From the IMG/VR virus record IMGVR_UViG_3300044608_001664: a stretch of DNA of 64,000 nucleotides; one strand, 5' to 3'. Source of the stretch: an uncultured virus (IMG/VR IMGVR_UViG_3300044608_001664) (Duplodnaviria; Heunggongvirae; Uroviricota; Caudoviricetes; Schitoviridae). The stretch's first letter is position 1. Each line of letters begins with the position of its first letter. The position numbers and the translations under genes were made by a program. The notes beneath the pieces are model-generated. The model was not told the origin of the DNA. It searched no databases and was given only the letters and a program-made list of their open reading frames with translations. Positions 47,897-58,052 of this stretch are shown here, one piece after another.

Positions 47897-48856
47897 TTAT
47901 GCCCCGACACCTTCAAGCAGCTTGGTCACTGCTCGCCCAATCGTGGCATCGTTCAGCAGGTTGGTGCCGTCAGCCACCGTGGCTTCATCAGTCGTGCGAC
48001 GAACGTTCCAGGTATCGATCAGAGTCTTGGCTGCTTTCTGCTCGGCATCTCGGGAGAATCCGTTGGTTTGGGCTGCATAGAGTGCCTTCTGCTTGCCCAC
48101 CACACTGTCAGCATCCACACCGATGGCAGAGACTTGAGCACGCTCGGTAACTACCTTCTGCGACAGCAGGGAAGTCTCCTGTGCCGTCTTGAGTGTCTGA
48201 CCTAGCAGCAGATCGTACTCAGCATCCAGCTTGCACTTCTGACCCGTCAGGACAGTACCCTCAATAACCGCATTGGTAGTCTGTTGGGCTACCAGTTCGG
48301 TACGGCCTTCGATACTCAGCTTCTCGGAAGCCAGGTTAGCTGCCTGCTGGGTTTGCACTGCCTTCTGAGCATCAATCAGCAGCCCCTGCTTCGGCACGTT
48401 CAGGGTTTCTGCCTCAACATGGGCAGCCTGCTTGGATTGCATGTTTGCCTGAGCATCCAACAATGCCCCTTCCTTGGGAAGATTGACCAACTTGGCCGTA
48501 GCCAGATCCACTTCCTTGGTCATTAGCTCCAGCTTCTTGTCAGCTTGCAGGAGTTCCTTTTCGGCCAGAGCGATCTGGGCGTTTGCCTTTGCTACTTCAG
48601 CCTGAGCTAGCAGGATTTGCTGTTCCAACAGATCCGCTTCCAGGGAAATCTTCCGACTTTGGACAAGGAAAGCCAGAGCAGTCTGCATCGTCTGCTCAAG
48701 CGAACCCAAATAAACCGTCGAGTACTCTGTGCCCTTGATTCGGCCCTTGGTGAACTCACTCTCCAAATGGGCCTTGGTGGCTTTCATCAATACATCGAAC
48801 ACTCCAGTACCATCGATGGTGCTTTGAGTAAGTTCGGTAACAGCAATAGCAGTCAT
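47897..48856 (-). CDS. structural protein, N4 gp54-like
   Basis: GTGVFDVLM...GRIKGTEY; coiled coil; synteny. Confidence 0.82.
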   Translation of the reverse strand: MTAIAVTELTQSTIDGTGVFDVLMKATKAHLESEFTKGRIKGTEYSTVYLGSLEQTMQTALAFLVQSRKISLEADLLEQQILLAQAEVAKANAQIALAEKELLQADKKLELMTKEVDLATAKLVNLPKEGALLDAQANMQSKQAAHVEAETLNVPKQGLLIDAQKAVQTQQAANLASEKLSIEGRTELVAQQTTNAVIEGTVLTGQKCKLDAEYDLLLGQTLKTAQETSLLSQKVVTERAQVSAIGVDADSVVGKQKALYAAQTNGFSRDAEQKAAKTLIDTWNVRRTTDEATVADGTNLLNDATIGRAVTKLLEGVGA

Positions 48857-48881
48857 GGTTTATCTGGGTTCCTGTCGCTGA

Positions 48882-49451
48882 TTAATCGATTGCTTTGGAC
48901 ATGGCTTGTTGACGCGCCAGATCATCCAACTCTTCTTGAGTCAGTTGAGGGAGCACCTCAATGGCGAATTCCCGGATCATCTTGCCCTTGCGGATCTTGT
49001 TGCCGCGTGCATCCTTCACCGTCACAAAGATTTGGCATTCACGGTGCAGGAGCTGTTGATAGATGATGTGCGGAACGTGCCAGCCTTCTTCAGCATTGAA
49101 GGGGATGAACTTCTTGTAGGTACCAACACCAGCATTACCTGCCGTGATGATTTCACCATCCCATTCCTTCTTGTTCGGGTTCATGCAAGTCAGCCGGATA
49201 CGTACCAGCTTGGCTGCTTCATTGCGAAGGCGCAGACGTTTGGCTGCTTCAGTCTCTTGGACTACAACAGCCGCTTCTGCCTTCTCTTCTTCTTTCAGGT
49301 TTTCACCAGTGACAGCAGCGTTGACCTTTTCACGCAGCTTATCCACACCGATGGACGGATGATAGGAAACACCCAGAAGGTCAGCACGTTGTTTGAGTGC
49401 AGTCAGTTCATCCGGCAGGTTGGTGGAATCTTCAGTTTGGTTTTCAGACAC
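48882..49451 (-). CDS. N4 gp55-like protein
   Basis: LVRIRLTCMNPNKKEWDGEI; GTG start with GGAG RBS. Confidence 0.82.
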   Translation of the reverse strand: MSENQTEDSTNLPDELTALKQRADLLGVSYHPSIGVDKLREKVNAAVTGENLKEEEKAEAAVVVQETEAAKRLRLRNEAAKLVRIRLTCMNPNKKEWDGEIITAGNAGVGTYKKFIPFNAEEGWHVPHIIYQQLLHRECQIFVTVKDARGNKIRKGKMIREFAIEVLPQLTQEELDDLARQQAMSKAID

Positions 49452-49516
49452 TTTTATCTCCAGGGGAAACAAAGGGAAAGGGAGTTACCTCCCTTTCCTT
49501 GGGTTACATCACAGGG

Positions 49517-50941
49517 TTACAGCTTAGCGACGGTCTTGATCAGGCCGATACGTTCAGGGCGCAGGGCCATGAAGCCGTAGTACCACTTGATCGACATGAA
49601 GCCAGTTTCACCAAACGGGTCATTACGATCCGCCGTTTCCTTACCCGGAGCCTTGTGGGTGATTTGGAACTTGACCGACTTGCCATCCGTCAGGAAGCCA
49701 ATGGTCGTGAACGATTCGTCACCGATAGCCAACATCGGGAACACATCGAACCGGCCACCAGTTTCGTAACAGGTAGCATCGCCGGTAGCGTCAGCGCCTG
49801 CACCAGCCCACTTCATCATTTCCGGAACCACAACCAGGCGCCATTGATCGATAGCACCAACTTCACCAGTCACGGTGTTACCACCCGCTGCATACTTCTC
49901 GACCGAAACGAAGGCCGGGTTGTTGTGCAGATCCTTCATCGCCTTGACGGTCGGCAGCAGCTCGGAACCCATGTACATGATGCGAGCCGAAGGGATCGTC
50001 TTGGTATCGATCATGCGGGTGCCGGTGATAGCGGTGATGCCCTTCGGACAACGATTGTTGTCGAGATCGATGGACAGACGCATCAGGTCACCGTAGGTCA
50101 CCAGATCGTCCACACCAACTTCGGCATTGGTGGTGGCGTTGCCTGCATACTTGATCACACCAGCAGCATTCAGCAGGTCGATCTGCAGAGCGTCTTCGGT
50201 CATCTCGCCAGCACCCCCCAGCATCTCACGATGGATGTGGGTCTGGAGTTCAGCGTCCGAGTCGAAGTCCATGGATTCTTGGGTGTACTCATCGAAGAAG
50301 CCGAACTTCTCGAAGGAACCTTCGATTTCCTTACGCTTGAAACCAACACGGTTCACGCGACCACCAGTTTCCGACAGAGCCGGGAGCTTGCCAGAGATCG
50401 TGCCGATGTCCTTGGACGAACCGTACAGGTTACCGGAACCCTGTGCACTGGAAGCACCGACGTTCAGCGCGACAACTGCAGCAGCCTTAGCTGCGGTGGA
50501 TACCTTGAAGGTCAGCGGACCAGTCACGGTGATATTGGCGAAACCAACACCAGCCGAGCTATCTGCGCCTGCAACAGCAACCGTACCCGACAGGTTATCG
50601 GAGATGGCTGCGGCAGCAGCGGCCTTGCTCGCATTGGCCACAACAACCACAGAACGCGGAATGGTGACGAAGTACTGAGTGTTGGTGATGGTGACACCAG
50701 CAGCGTCGATACCCTGATCGTTCAGGTTGGCATCGTCCAGCAGCGGCAGGTAGTGGTAACGCTTGATCTTCTTACCGAAGTTCTTCGGCATGGAAGTCAC
50801 ATCAGCCAGTTGGCTGAAAAATTGGGTCTTCTTCAGTTCGACCAGAGCTTGCTTCTGGTAGTACTGAGTGTTCATCTGGGAACCCATCGAAGACGGGGAA
50901 CCGCCTGCGGGATCTTTGTACTGTTGACCGTCAAAAGACAT
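49517..50941 (-). CDS. major capsid protein (N4 gp56-like) with internal insertion
   Basis: MPKNFGKKIK, NDQGIDA, GNLYGSSKDIG, ETGGRVNRVGF, GFMSIKWYYG. Confidence 0.95.
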   Translation of the reverse strand: MSFDGQQYKDPAGGSPSSMGSQMNTQYYQKQALVELKKTQFFSQLADVTSMPKNFGKKIKRYHYLPLLDDANLNDQGIDAAGVTITNTQYFVTIPRSVVVVANASKAAAAAAISDNLSGTVAVAGADSSAGVGFANITVTGPLTFKVSTAAKAAAVVALNVGASSAQGSGNLYGSSKDIGTISGKLPALSETGGRVNRVGFKRKEIEGSFEKFGFFDEYTQESMDFDSDAELQTHIHREMLGGAGEMTEDALQIDLLNAAGVIKYAGNATTNAEVGVDDLVTYGDLMRLSIDLDNNRCPKGITAITGTRMIDTKTIPSARIMYMGSELLPTVKAMKDLHNNPAFVSVEKYAAGGNTVTGEVGAIDQWRLVVVPEMMKWAGAGADATGDATCYETGGRFDVFPMLAIGDESFTTIGFLTDGKSVKFQITHKAPGKETADRNDPFGETGFMSIKWYYGFMALRPERIGLIKTVAKL

Positions 50942-50962
50942 TTTATTTACCTCAAAGGGAGA

Positions 50963-52141
50963 TTAAAGGAGTCGTTGGTTCACAACTTTGTTGAACTCCT
51001 CGTCCGACAAAGCGAGCGGGTTGAACGCCGCTTCGTCTTTGGCAGGAGCAACGGATTGGGAGGGACTGGCGGCCAGTCTTTTTTCCCGACGCTTGCCTTC
51101 ATCACCCATCTTCGGTTTCGGCTGTACAACTACAGGCTTGGGCTGGATTCGTTGTCCTTGGGGAGCCAAGTGATCAAATCCACCACGAGCCTGAATCGCA
51201 TCGCCAACTTGCCGGTAGGCTTCGATATCAGACAAACCAGAAAGGCGACCGAACATCTGTTCGCGTTCGACCTCCCTGACAATCAAATCAAACACGCCAG
51301 ATTGAACATGGCCGTTGATGACTTTCAGGATTTGAGGCGAATTGGCGATGATGTTCTTACTTGCCGCATCCCACTTATTGCTGATCACATCGAGGGTGCG
51401 TGGGTAGCTGTCGGTATCCTGGATTTCGTCCAGTACCGCATCTAGTTCCAGTTCTCGATCATCAACCTTGTGTTGGGTCGGCTTGTAGTCACCTGCCTTC
51501 GTAGCGTCAAGATCCAAAGGATCGACGCCACTATCTTTGATCAGCTTGCTAATTGCATCCGGATTCTTCTTTTCCAGATCAATCAGGAAACTGAGCTTTT
51601 CTTCATTGAGCAGCCCGTTGTTTTCGAGCAGCTTCATCAACTTCAGATTCGGCTTCAGAGCCGCCATCTTCTTGTTGTAGTTCGCCCCCATCTGCATCAG
51701 GGAAACGGCATCGTTGACATCTTTGATCTGGATTTCACGACCGTTAGCCTTGAAGGGAGCAGTCAGCTTTTCATACGCTGCCTTGTAATCGATAGCAGGT
51801 TCTTCCACCTTGGTCGGTTCGGCGGCTTGCTCCTTTGGGTTACTTTCTTCATTACCCTTGGCTTCAATAGCCGCCGAACCTTCGGTGGAAGCATCAGCAG
51901 CGGGAGTTTGCTCCTCACTCTGATTCTCTTCGTTCTGTGCACTTTCGCCTGAGCTGCCAGCTCCATTCTGCTGACCTTCCGGTGCAGCTTCACCTTCCCA
52001 GGCTTGCGGGTTATCCGATTCCGATGCCTCTTGTTCCTGCTCTTGTTCAGGAGGGGTTTCAGCTTCCTGAGTGAACGTGCTCGGATCAAGAGCCAAAAGC
52101 TCCTCATCCGACATATCCAGGATATTGCGTTCTTCAGCCAT
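50963..52141 (-). CDS. N4 gp57-like protein
   Basis: Acidic N-term; PFKANG, LMQMGANY; synteny. Confidence 0.85.
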   Translation of the reverse strand: MAEERNILDMSDEELLALDPSTFTQEAETPPEQEQEQEASESDNPQAWEGEAAPEGQQNGAGSSGESAQNEENQSEEQTPAADASTEGSAAIEAKGNEESNPKEQAAEPTKVEEPAIDYKAAYEKLTAPFKANGREIQIKDVNDAVSLMQMGANYNKKMAALKPNLKLMKLLENNGLLNEEKLSFLIDLEKKNPDAISKLIKDSGVDPLDLDATKAGDYKPTQHKVDDRELELDAVLDEIQDTDSYPRTLDVISNKWDAASKNIIANSPQILKVINGHVQSGVFDLIVREVEREQMFGRLSGLSDIEAYRQVGDAIQARGGFDHLAPQGQRIQPKPVVVQPKPKMGDEGKRREKRLAASPSQSVAPAKDEAAFNPLALSDEEFNKVVNQRLL

Positions 52142-52143
52142 GA

Positions 52144-52485
52144 TTACTTGACCTCTTCAGCCAGAATCTCATCACGGGTAGCTTCATCAGCTTCCACCGA
52201 ACGACGGGCCATACCAACACGAGTTTCGAGGGTATCCAGATAATCACGGAAACCACCCACAGCAATCATTTGCTTGTGAATGGAAGTTTGGATTTCCGGT
52301 GCCTGCATATTCGAATCGGAAAGCAGATGCACAAGACGAATGGCTTCTTGTTCGAAATACCCTTCTTGAATGACTTTCTTGAAGTCACGGTTATTCTTCA
52401 GACGTTCCAAAGCAGAACCAAGATCCACAATCTTTTGGGCTTGTTTGATGTTGTTTTCCAGTTGGTGTAGTTCGTTAGTATTCAT
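52144..52485 (-). CDS. N4 gp58-like protein
   Basis: LERL..NRDFKKVI.EGY; synteny. Confidence 0.8.
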   Translation of the reverse strand: MNTNELHQLENNIKQAQKIVDLGSALERLKNNRDFKKVIQEGYFEQEAIRLVHLLSDSNMQAPEIQTSIHKQMIAVGGFRDYLDTLETRVGMARRSVEADEATRDEILAEEVK

Positions 52486-52549
52486 TTTCTATCAGTGCTC
52501 TCAAAGTTAATAGAACGGGGGTTGTGAAAACCCCCGCAATATAAATCAA

Positions 52550-54715
52550 TTATTCCCTTCTGTTCAATAGAAACTCTTTAATAATGTCTTTATTTTTTTC
52601 CTCTGATTTAAATTGATGATCAATCTTTTTCAATTTAGCCTGACTTTCAGCTTGCTGACTGATGCGCTGAAGCTCACGCTCTTGATGTACCCCAGATTCT
52701 TGTTCAACAAAATCTAGGTTCTTCAAGTCAGTATCAGATTGCATCTGTGCTTGTTTGGCTTGCTCAGTAGATACCTTAGCAGTATCGAGATTCGCATTAG
52801 CTCGGTAATACGTTGCTTGAGCAATTTCAGTATCCAGCTTGGCTTCAAGCAACCGTACTTCCAATTCTCGTTGCTTTTGTACCAAGGGATCGGGTTGAGG
52901 TTGATACGCCTCAATCCGTTTAGCCAGGTCAGGCATTTTACGAAGGCGTGCAATATCAGCCAGGATCATTTGAGACATACCTTGATCCATGTTATTACCC
53001 ATGGTCTGCAGCATGAAAGAAAGCTCGCTGGCTTTGTTGTGGTCCTCTTCCGCTGTGGAGATGGATAGCTTCAAATCAAAGTTACCCGGAAGATCATCAC
53101 GACGAATCTGCACGAATTCATCATTGGTGATTCGAACCACTTCTACATCACTCAGGAACTCTGCATTCATTGCAATGATCTTGCGACCGATCTCAATGAT
53201 GCCTGCCGAGAGGCGACGGAGAATGCCAAGCTCCCGCTTAGACGAGGCATCAAGGGCACCACGCACACCGGCTGCAACATCTCCGAGTGCTTGGCCCGAA
53301 ATACCTTGGCTAAACGACTTGACGCCAGAAAGGGACTCCGCTTCCATGTTCTGCAGTTGCAGCATGAATTGAGCAGAGGCAGGGATTTCCGGATACGTGT
53401 GCATGTGGATACCTACACGGGGGTCCACATTCATATTGAATTCGTAATCCTGCCCTCTTTCAAACTTGCGTCGATTGGTGGCATCGAGCATGTCTTTTCT
53501 CATGCCGGTCTGCCCGTTGGCAGACTTACCCATGATGTCAATCATGCCTCGGGTTACTGCACCGACAACTTTCTGGTTATCTTCCAGTAGTGCCCCATCA
53601 GGCTCACCGTAGGTAGACTTCCGTACCGGGAGGTATTGAGCCACGACAAAAGGAAGTTGCTTATCCGGGAAGGGGTTCTCTTCCATACGGATTAGCGTAT
53701 CCCCTACCCAAGCTGCAACAATTGGGTGCAGGGTGCCATCACCATGGATATCCCAAAATCCCCAGTATTCCCGTACTACAAACTTCTTACGTGGTTTGTC
53801 GTTGAACTTGAAATTGTGCAGATTATCTGCCGGGGTATGGTCAGGAGAAGCCAAAGGCGAGTTGCCTTCAATATTGATTCGCTCAATATTTTTGTACCGC
53901 TTATCCTTACGCAGATCGGCAGAACAGGACTCGAAACTATAGATGGCAAATCGAGCCTTCTTGATATCTCCCATACAGCTAGGATCAATGAGCACATTCC
54001 GATAATCACATATTTCCAGAGTGGGTCGGTTGTGCACTACCTGCACAACATCCTGCATCTCATACCTAACGATGACCGGCTCAATAGGTTCCCCATGTTC
54101 CAGGGTCATCTCATGTGCCGTCTTCAGTTCATCTGGGATATCTGAAGCGTACTGGCTAGGAGACTCATTTTGGAGCTGATCCAGTTGCGCGTGTAATGGC
54201 CCTAGCGTTGGGTTGATTCGGTATTCCACAACCGGCATACGCTTCTGGATTGTGGTTTCTTTGTAGTCCCACCCTACCCGAACAATGACCGTCCCTTCAT
54301 CTACTGCAGTACGCACGTACTCATCAATGAAAGCGGTCTTGTTCAGTTGGGTATTGAACTGATGATTCAAAACCAGTTGATTCTGGATTGCAGCTTCCCG
54401 GTCTTCCCAGGTTACTGGGGTAACATTGAACACATCATCTGTGCTCAGAAATGGCTCACTCAAAGCAGGGTATCGCCATTCAGCTTGTTTACGAATTAGC
54501 TTAGGGACAATCTTGGAGTTTCCTGCCGGAACATCCACTTGTGCCTTGTTTCGAATAAACAGATTGTCCAGCCACAAACCGATTTTGGTTTTTTGAGAAT
54601 CAAATGAGGGGCGTGCCTCATCGAAATCCCCTTTCAACGCTTCCAGTTTAGGGGCGTTTTTCCAGTTGGTTAGTGGCTTAACCTCTACTACTTCAACTTC
54701 ATCAATTGATTCCAT
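52550..54715 (-). CDS. portal protein (N4 gp59-like)
   Basis: PKLIRKQAEWRY, EYWG, LDASSKRE; 721 aa. Confidence 0.92.
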   Translation of the reverse strand: MESIDEVEVVEVKPLTNWKNAPKLEALKGDFDEARPSFDSQKTKIGLWLDNLFIRNKAQVDVPAGNSKIVPKLIRKQAEWRYPALSEPFLSTDDVFNVTPVTWEDREAAIQNQLVLNHQFNTQLNKTAFIDEYVRTAVDEGTVIVRVGWDYKETTIQKRMPVVEYRINPTLGPLHAQLDQLQNESPSQYASDIPDELKTAHEMTLEHGEPIEPVIVRYEMQDVVQVVHNRPTLEICDYRNVLIDPSCMGDIKKARFAIYSFESCSADLRKDKRYKNIERINIEGNSPLASPDHTPADNLHNFKFNDKPRKKFVVREYWGFWDIHGDGTLHPIVAAWVGDTLIRMEENPFPDKQLPFVVAQYLPVRKSTYGEPDGALLEDNQKVVGAVTRGMIDIMGKSANGQTGMRKDMLDATNRRKFERGQDYEFNMNVDPRVGIHMHTYPEIPASAQFMLQLQNMEAESLSGVKSFSQGISGQALGDVAAGVRGALDASSKRELGILRRLSAGIIEIGRKIIAMNAEFLSDVEVVRITNDEFVQIRRDDLPGNFDLKLSISTAEEDHNKASELSFMLQTMGNNMDQGMSQMILADIARLRKMPDLAKRIEAYQPQPDPLVQKQRELEVRLLEAKLDTEIAQATYYRANANLDTAKVSTEQAKQAQMQSDTDLKNLDFVEQESGVHQERELQRISQQAESQAKLKKIDHQFKSEEKNKDIIKEFLLNRRE

Positions 54716-54776
54716 TCAAAATCCTTTGTGTGGATACAATACTACTTTCTTACTTCAACTTAATCAGGAGTTACCT

Positions 54777-55199
54777 ATGCGTATTAAATCTCTTCACCCG
54801 AATTTCAAGATGCCTGCCAAATCAACCAAGGGTGCCGGTGCTTTCGACATTTACATGCCGACATCCGGTATTGCCTTTGGTGACAGCCCCACTGTAGTAC
54901 CTCTCGGCTTTGCTGCTGAAGTCCCTGAAAATCATGTTGCCTTGATTTTCCCTCGCTCTGGTGTAGGTGCTAATCAAGGTGTTGAGTTGAATAATACCTG
55001 TGGTGTTATCGATTCAGATTTCCGTGGTGAATGGAAAGCGTTTATTCGAACTAAAAGTGGCAATCATTTTAGCTGGAATTCTGGCGATCGAGTTCTTCAG
55101 TTTTTAATTGTCCCGGTAGCTGATGTTGAATTGGAGTTGGTAGATTATTTAAATGAGACTGAGCGCGACTCTAGAGGCTTCGGTTCTTCCGGTAAATAA
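54777..55199 (+). CDS. dut: dUTPase (trimeric)
   Basis: AGAFD, PRSG, GVIDSDFRGE, RGFGSSG. Confidence 0.93.
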   Translation: MRIKSLHPNFKMPAKSTKGAGAFDIYMPTSGIAFGDSPTVVPLGFAAEVPENHVALIFPRSGVGANQGVELNNTCGVIDSDFRGEWKAFIRTKSGNHFSWNSGDRVLQFLIVPVADVELELVDYLNETERDSRGFGSSGK

Positions 55200-55211
55200 C
55201 AAGGACAAAAG

Positions 55212-55238
55212 AAAAGCCCCCAGTTACGGGGGCTTTTA
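55212..55238. terminator. bidirectional intrinsic terminator
   Basis: AAAAGCCCCC-AGTTAC-GGGGGCTTTT between convergent genes. Confidence 0.85.
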
Positions 55239-55255
55239 ATTGGGGATGATTTTCG

Positions 55256-55927
55256 TTACACCCACCCATTTGCGTGCAACCGGGTGTGCTCGTGATTCTC
55301 GGGATCTAGTTCCATCCCGGATTCTTTCAATCGCAGACACTCAGCCTCGTACTTCGCTGCCCAGTTATTACCAGCGTTGAATTCATTGACCATCCCAATA
55401 GGGGTATGTGCACGTGACGCAACGAAGTACAGCAAGGCTTCCAGATGACTATAGGGAAGCTCCAGCTCCACAGCATCAGGATCAAATGGTTCGGTGTACA
55501 CCAACTGAGGGTGGTTAGCTCGGTACACCGCGACAATCCCATTAGTCTTCAGGCTCTCAGGGAGTTCCTGGCTTTTAGCCGCAATAGCCTGTGGTACACG
55601 AAGAGTATCCATGCTGACCATGAAGCAACTGTAAGGGTCAGAGTAATCATTCAAGCCCAGATCAGCATCTTCTGCCGTGGTTACTCGTTCAACCTTGTGG
55701 AGGTCAGTGACTTGTAGCTTGTACAACGTACTCCCCTCAACAAGAGGAATAGTTGCTCGTCCTTCCTTGAGATTGAATCGCTTGTACAACGCAGTCAATC
55801 CTAACGAAACATGGGAAACAAGCGCAGGGTAATTGGCTGCGTCTAATTCCCCATTCGTATGTGCACCAAGCGCCAACTGGGAGAATTCTCCATAAGCCAG
55901 TTGAGTAAATACTTCTGATAATTTCAT
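55256..55927 (-). CDS. head-tail adaptor, N4 gp67-like
   Basis: ELP..HLEALLYFVASR; synteny. Confidence 0.8.
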   Translation of the reverse strand: MKLSEVFTQLAYGEFSQLALGAHTNGELDAANYPALVSHVSLGLTALYKRFNLKEGRATIPLVEGSTLYKLQVTDLHKVERVTTAEDADLGLNDYSDPYSCFMVSMDTLRVPQAIAAKSQELPESLKTNGIVAVYRANHPQLVYTEPFDPDAVELELPYSHLEALLYFVASRAHTPIGMVNEFNAGNNWAAKYEAECLRLKESGMELDPENHEHTRLHANGWV

Positions 55928-55936
55928 ACTGTTTCC

Positions 55937-57547
55937 TTAAACGATATAAGAAGCCATACGGTCAACTGCTTCATTAGGAGAGTCGATATCCCACATCCCA
56001 TCTTGGGATGACGATTCACGTAGGGGCGATTCCTCCGATGGTTTCCATGGGGTTAAGGATGACAACATAGAGATTGTATCTGCAAAGTCATCATGCTTAC
56101 TCTTGAATCCCCCCGGTGTAACCAAGCTCAATTCAGTGACAGCTTCAGCCAATTCAGGGGAGGTCTTCTTTTCAATCGGGAAAAAGACCTTCCGTGCTTT
56201 GAACAAAGGAACCACGGTATTGAAGCGAACCAGCTTGTTGGTATTTGGACGGATACCTGGCTTGGACTCATTACCATCTGAAGCCAAGGGGAAATAGATA
56301 TTGCGATTCATCATCTCCCCCATGATCCAAGGAATGAATCCACCCTGCTGTCCAGATACCTCGATACCTACTTGCTGGGGGCGGTACATCTGAGCCAGCC
56401 TAAACAGGTCATCCACAGTTTTATCCATGAGCTGCCGCTTACAGATTCCGTCCACCCACAACCAATCACCCACATTGTTATAGGCCCAGACGCTGATTAC
56501 TGAGAAGTCAGACTTCTGTTTCTCCGAGGTTGCAAAGTCGGTGGTGATATAAAAGTTGAATCGTCCCTTGTTACGGATCACCGCATCAATCTTGTACCAC
56601 GCGATATCGTGATCTTGGATCATCCGATCTTCATCGGACATAATCCGGAGCATCAATTCCTGGTTGAAGGTGTCCACCTTCCCCAGCTTCACAGCGTTGT
56701 CGTACTGCTCCTTCACATAGTCATAGGTGAATCGATCTGGCCAGCTACCCCGGAACTCCTCACGAGTACAGGGAAACTGCTCACACACCGGGAATACGTT
56801 GACACTCCAAGCTCCAGATTCCACTGCCTTGTACAGAGGATCTTTCGCATTGAAAGGCGTACCCGACCAAATGATCATGTTCTTGGTGGGGTGCAGTGCG
56901 TAGTTCACTGCCTTGTACACCGTGTCCTCTACCGCAGCAATCACGGTAGCCGAGCGTGCATCCTCGTCGCTAATCAGGTCATCGAGCACCGCCAATTGAG
57001 GGCGCTTACCCATTTCCTTGGCACCACGAACACCTGTCTTGGCACCATACCCTTTGACGATGAACACCTTTCCATCGGCGTTCTCAAACTCCCATCTGAT
57101 ATCCGTGAAGTGAATCCGGGGGATGTACTGCTTCAGGAAATCAGAGTTCTCCCATCGAAACTCCAGGTTCTTCCGCATGTTCTTGACGCCATTCTCGATG
57201 GAGTCTGAAACATACAAAGCCAGGTCAACCCGACCGAAGCCAGGAAGCTCACCATACGTAGCGATGTAAAGGAACAGGTATTCCCCCATCACAGTGGTTT
57301 TAGCGATACCCCGGTGGCACAGATTGAGAATGCGTCGGCCACCATCAGTGATGGTATCCAACATGAAATAGTGAACCAGGGGAGTCTTATGCTCCTCGCC
57401 CGAGGAACCATTCACCAACTTGATGAAGGTCACAAACTCCAGAGCAAAGTCGCTTGGAACATAGTTCACCGGGATTCGGTAGTCTGCGTGGTTAAGGTAA
57501 TCCTCTACCTTCCATGGCATCCCGTCAGGATGTAACTTACGGGACAT
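55937..57547 (-). CDS. terL: terminase large subunit
   Basis: CHRGIAKTT, AVLDD, GTPFN, TTDFA, HDDFAD. Confidence 0.95.
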   Translation of the reverse strand: MSRKLHPDGMPWKVEDYLNHADYRIPVNYVPSDFALEFVTFIKLVNGSSGEEHKTPLVHYFMLDTITDGGRRILNLCHRGIAKTTVMGEYLFLYIATYGELPGFGRVDLALYVSDSIENGVKNMRKNLEFRWENSDFLKQYIPRIHFTDIRWEFENADGKVFIVKGYGAKTGVRGAKEMGKRPQLAVLDDLISDEDARSATVIAAVEDTVYKAVNYALHPTKNMIIWSGTPFNAKDPLYKAVESGAWSVNVFPVCEQFPCTREEFRGSWPDRFTYDYVKEQYDNAVKLGKVDTFNQELMLRIMSDEDRMIQDHDIAWYKIDAVIRNKGRFNFYITTDFATSEKQKSDFSVISVWAYNNVGDWLWVDGICKRQLMDKTVDDLFRLAQMYRPQQVGIEVSGQQGGFIPWIMGEMMNRNIYFPLASDGNESKPGIRPNTNKLVRFNTVVPLFKARKVFFPIEKKTSPELAEAVTELSLVTPGGFKSKHDDFADTISMLSSLTPWKPSEESPLRESSSQDGMWDIDSPNEAVDRMASYIV

Positions 57548-57705
57548 CAGTTCACCGAAGCCAGGATTACACGGACATCCGGAATCTCATCCCGAACCAA
57601 GGCCATCACCTGCTCATAGTTCTGCACCGATTCATGTTGAATGCGGAACAGCTTGGCCACGCCTTCCTTGTCCCGGACTGCTACTACGAAACGGGGCGTA
57701 CTCAT
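57547..57705 (-). CDS. 52-aa hypothetical protein (not in ORF track)
   Basis: Manual translation MSTPRFVVAVRDKEG...ILASVN; overlaps both neighbours (ATGA, TGATG). Confidence 0.65.
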   Translation of the reverse strand: MSTPRFVVAVRDKEGVAKLFRIQHESVQNYEQVMALVRDEIPDVRVILASVN

Positions 57706-58052
57706 TGCGCCCCCTCAATCACGAACCAGTCTTCAGCCAGCATATCGGCTTGCGAAGCCAGCCAACCCATCTGGATATCCCCTGCTGCCGTCTTCATCGT
57801 GATGCACGGGAGTACGTTGGCCGAACCATCAATGGTTTGGGCAGCATACTCAGCATTCCTCTTGCTCCAGAAGGCAGACGATGGGATTCGCTTACCACCC
57901 ATGGGTCCAGACAAAGCCAGCCACATACCCTGGCCATACCATCCTTCCCGAGCAACTCGGTGACCATCCTTCAAGGCATGGAGTGCCTCACCAAAATCCA
58001 AGCCAACAGAATTACATCCCGCTACCTGCACAGCATCATTCACTTGGTTCAT
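57702..58052 (-). CDS. DUF2829 / Tad2-like nucleotide-sponge protein
   Basis: FGEALHALKDGHRVAREGW...GWLASQADMLAEDW. Confidence 0.85.
   Translation of the reverse strand: MNQVNDAVQVAGCNSVGLDFGEALHALKDGHRVAREGWYGQGMWLALSGPMGGKRIPSSAFWSKRNAEYAAQTIDGSANVLPCITMKTAAGDIQMGWLASQADMLAEDWFVIEGAQ

Noticed and set aside
49397..51445. 682-aa plus-strand ORF, and similar long antisense ORFs over vRNAP, nrdJ and primase
   Set aside because: Antisense shadows of strongly codon-biased genes; no RBS or recognisable motifs
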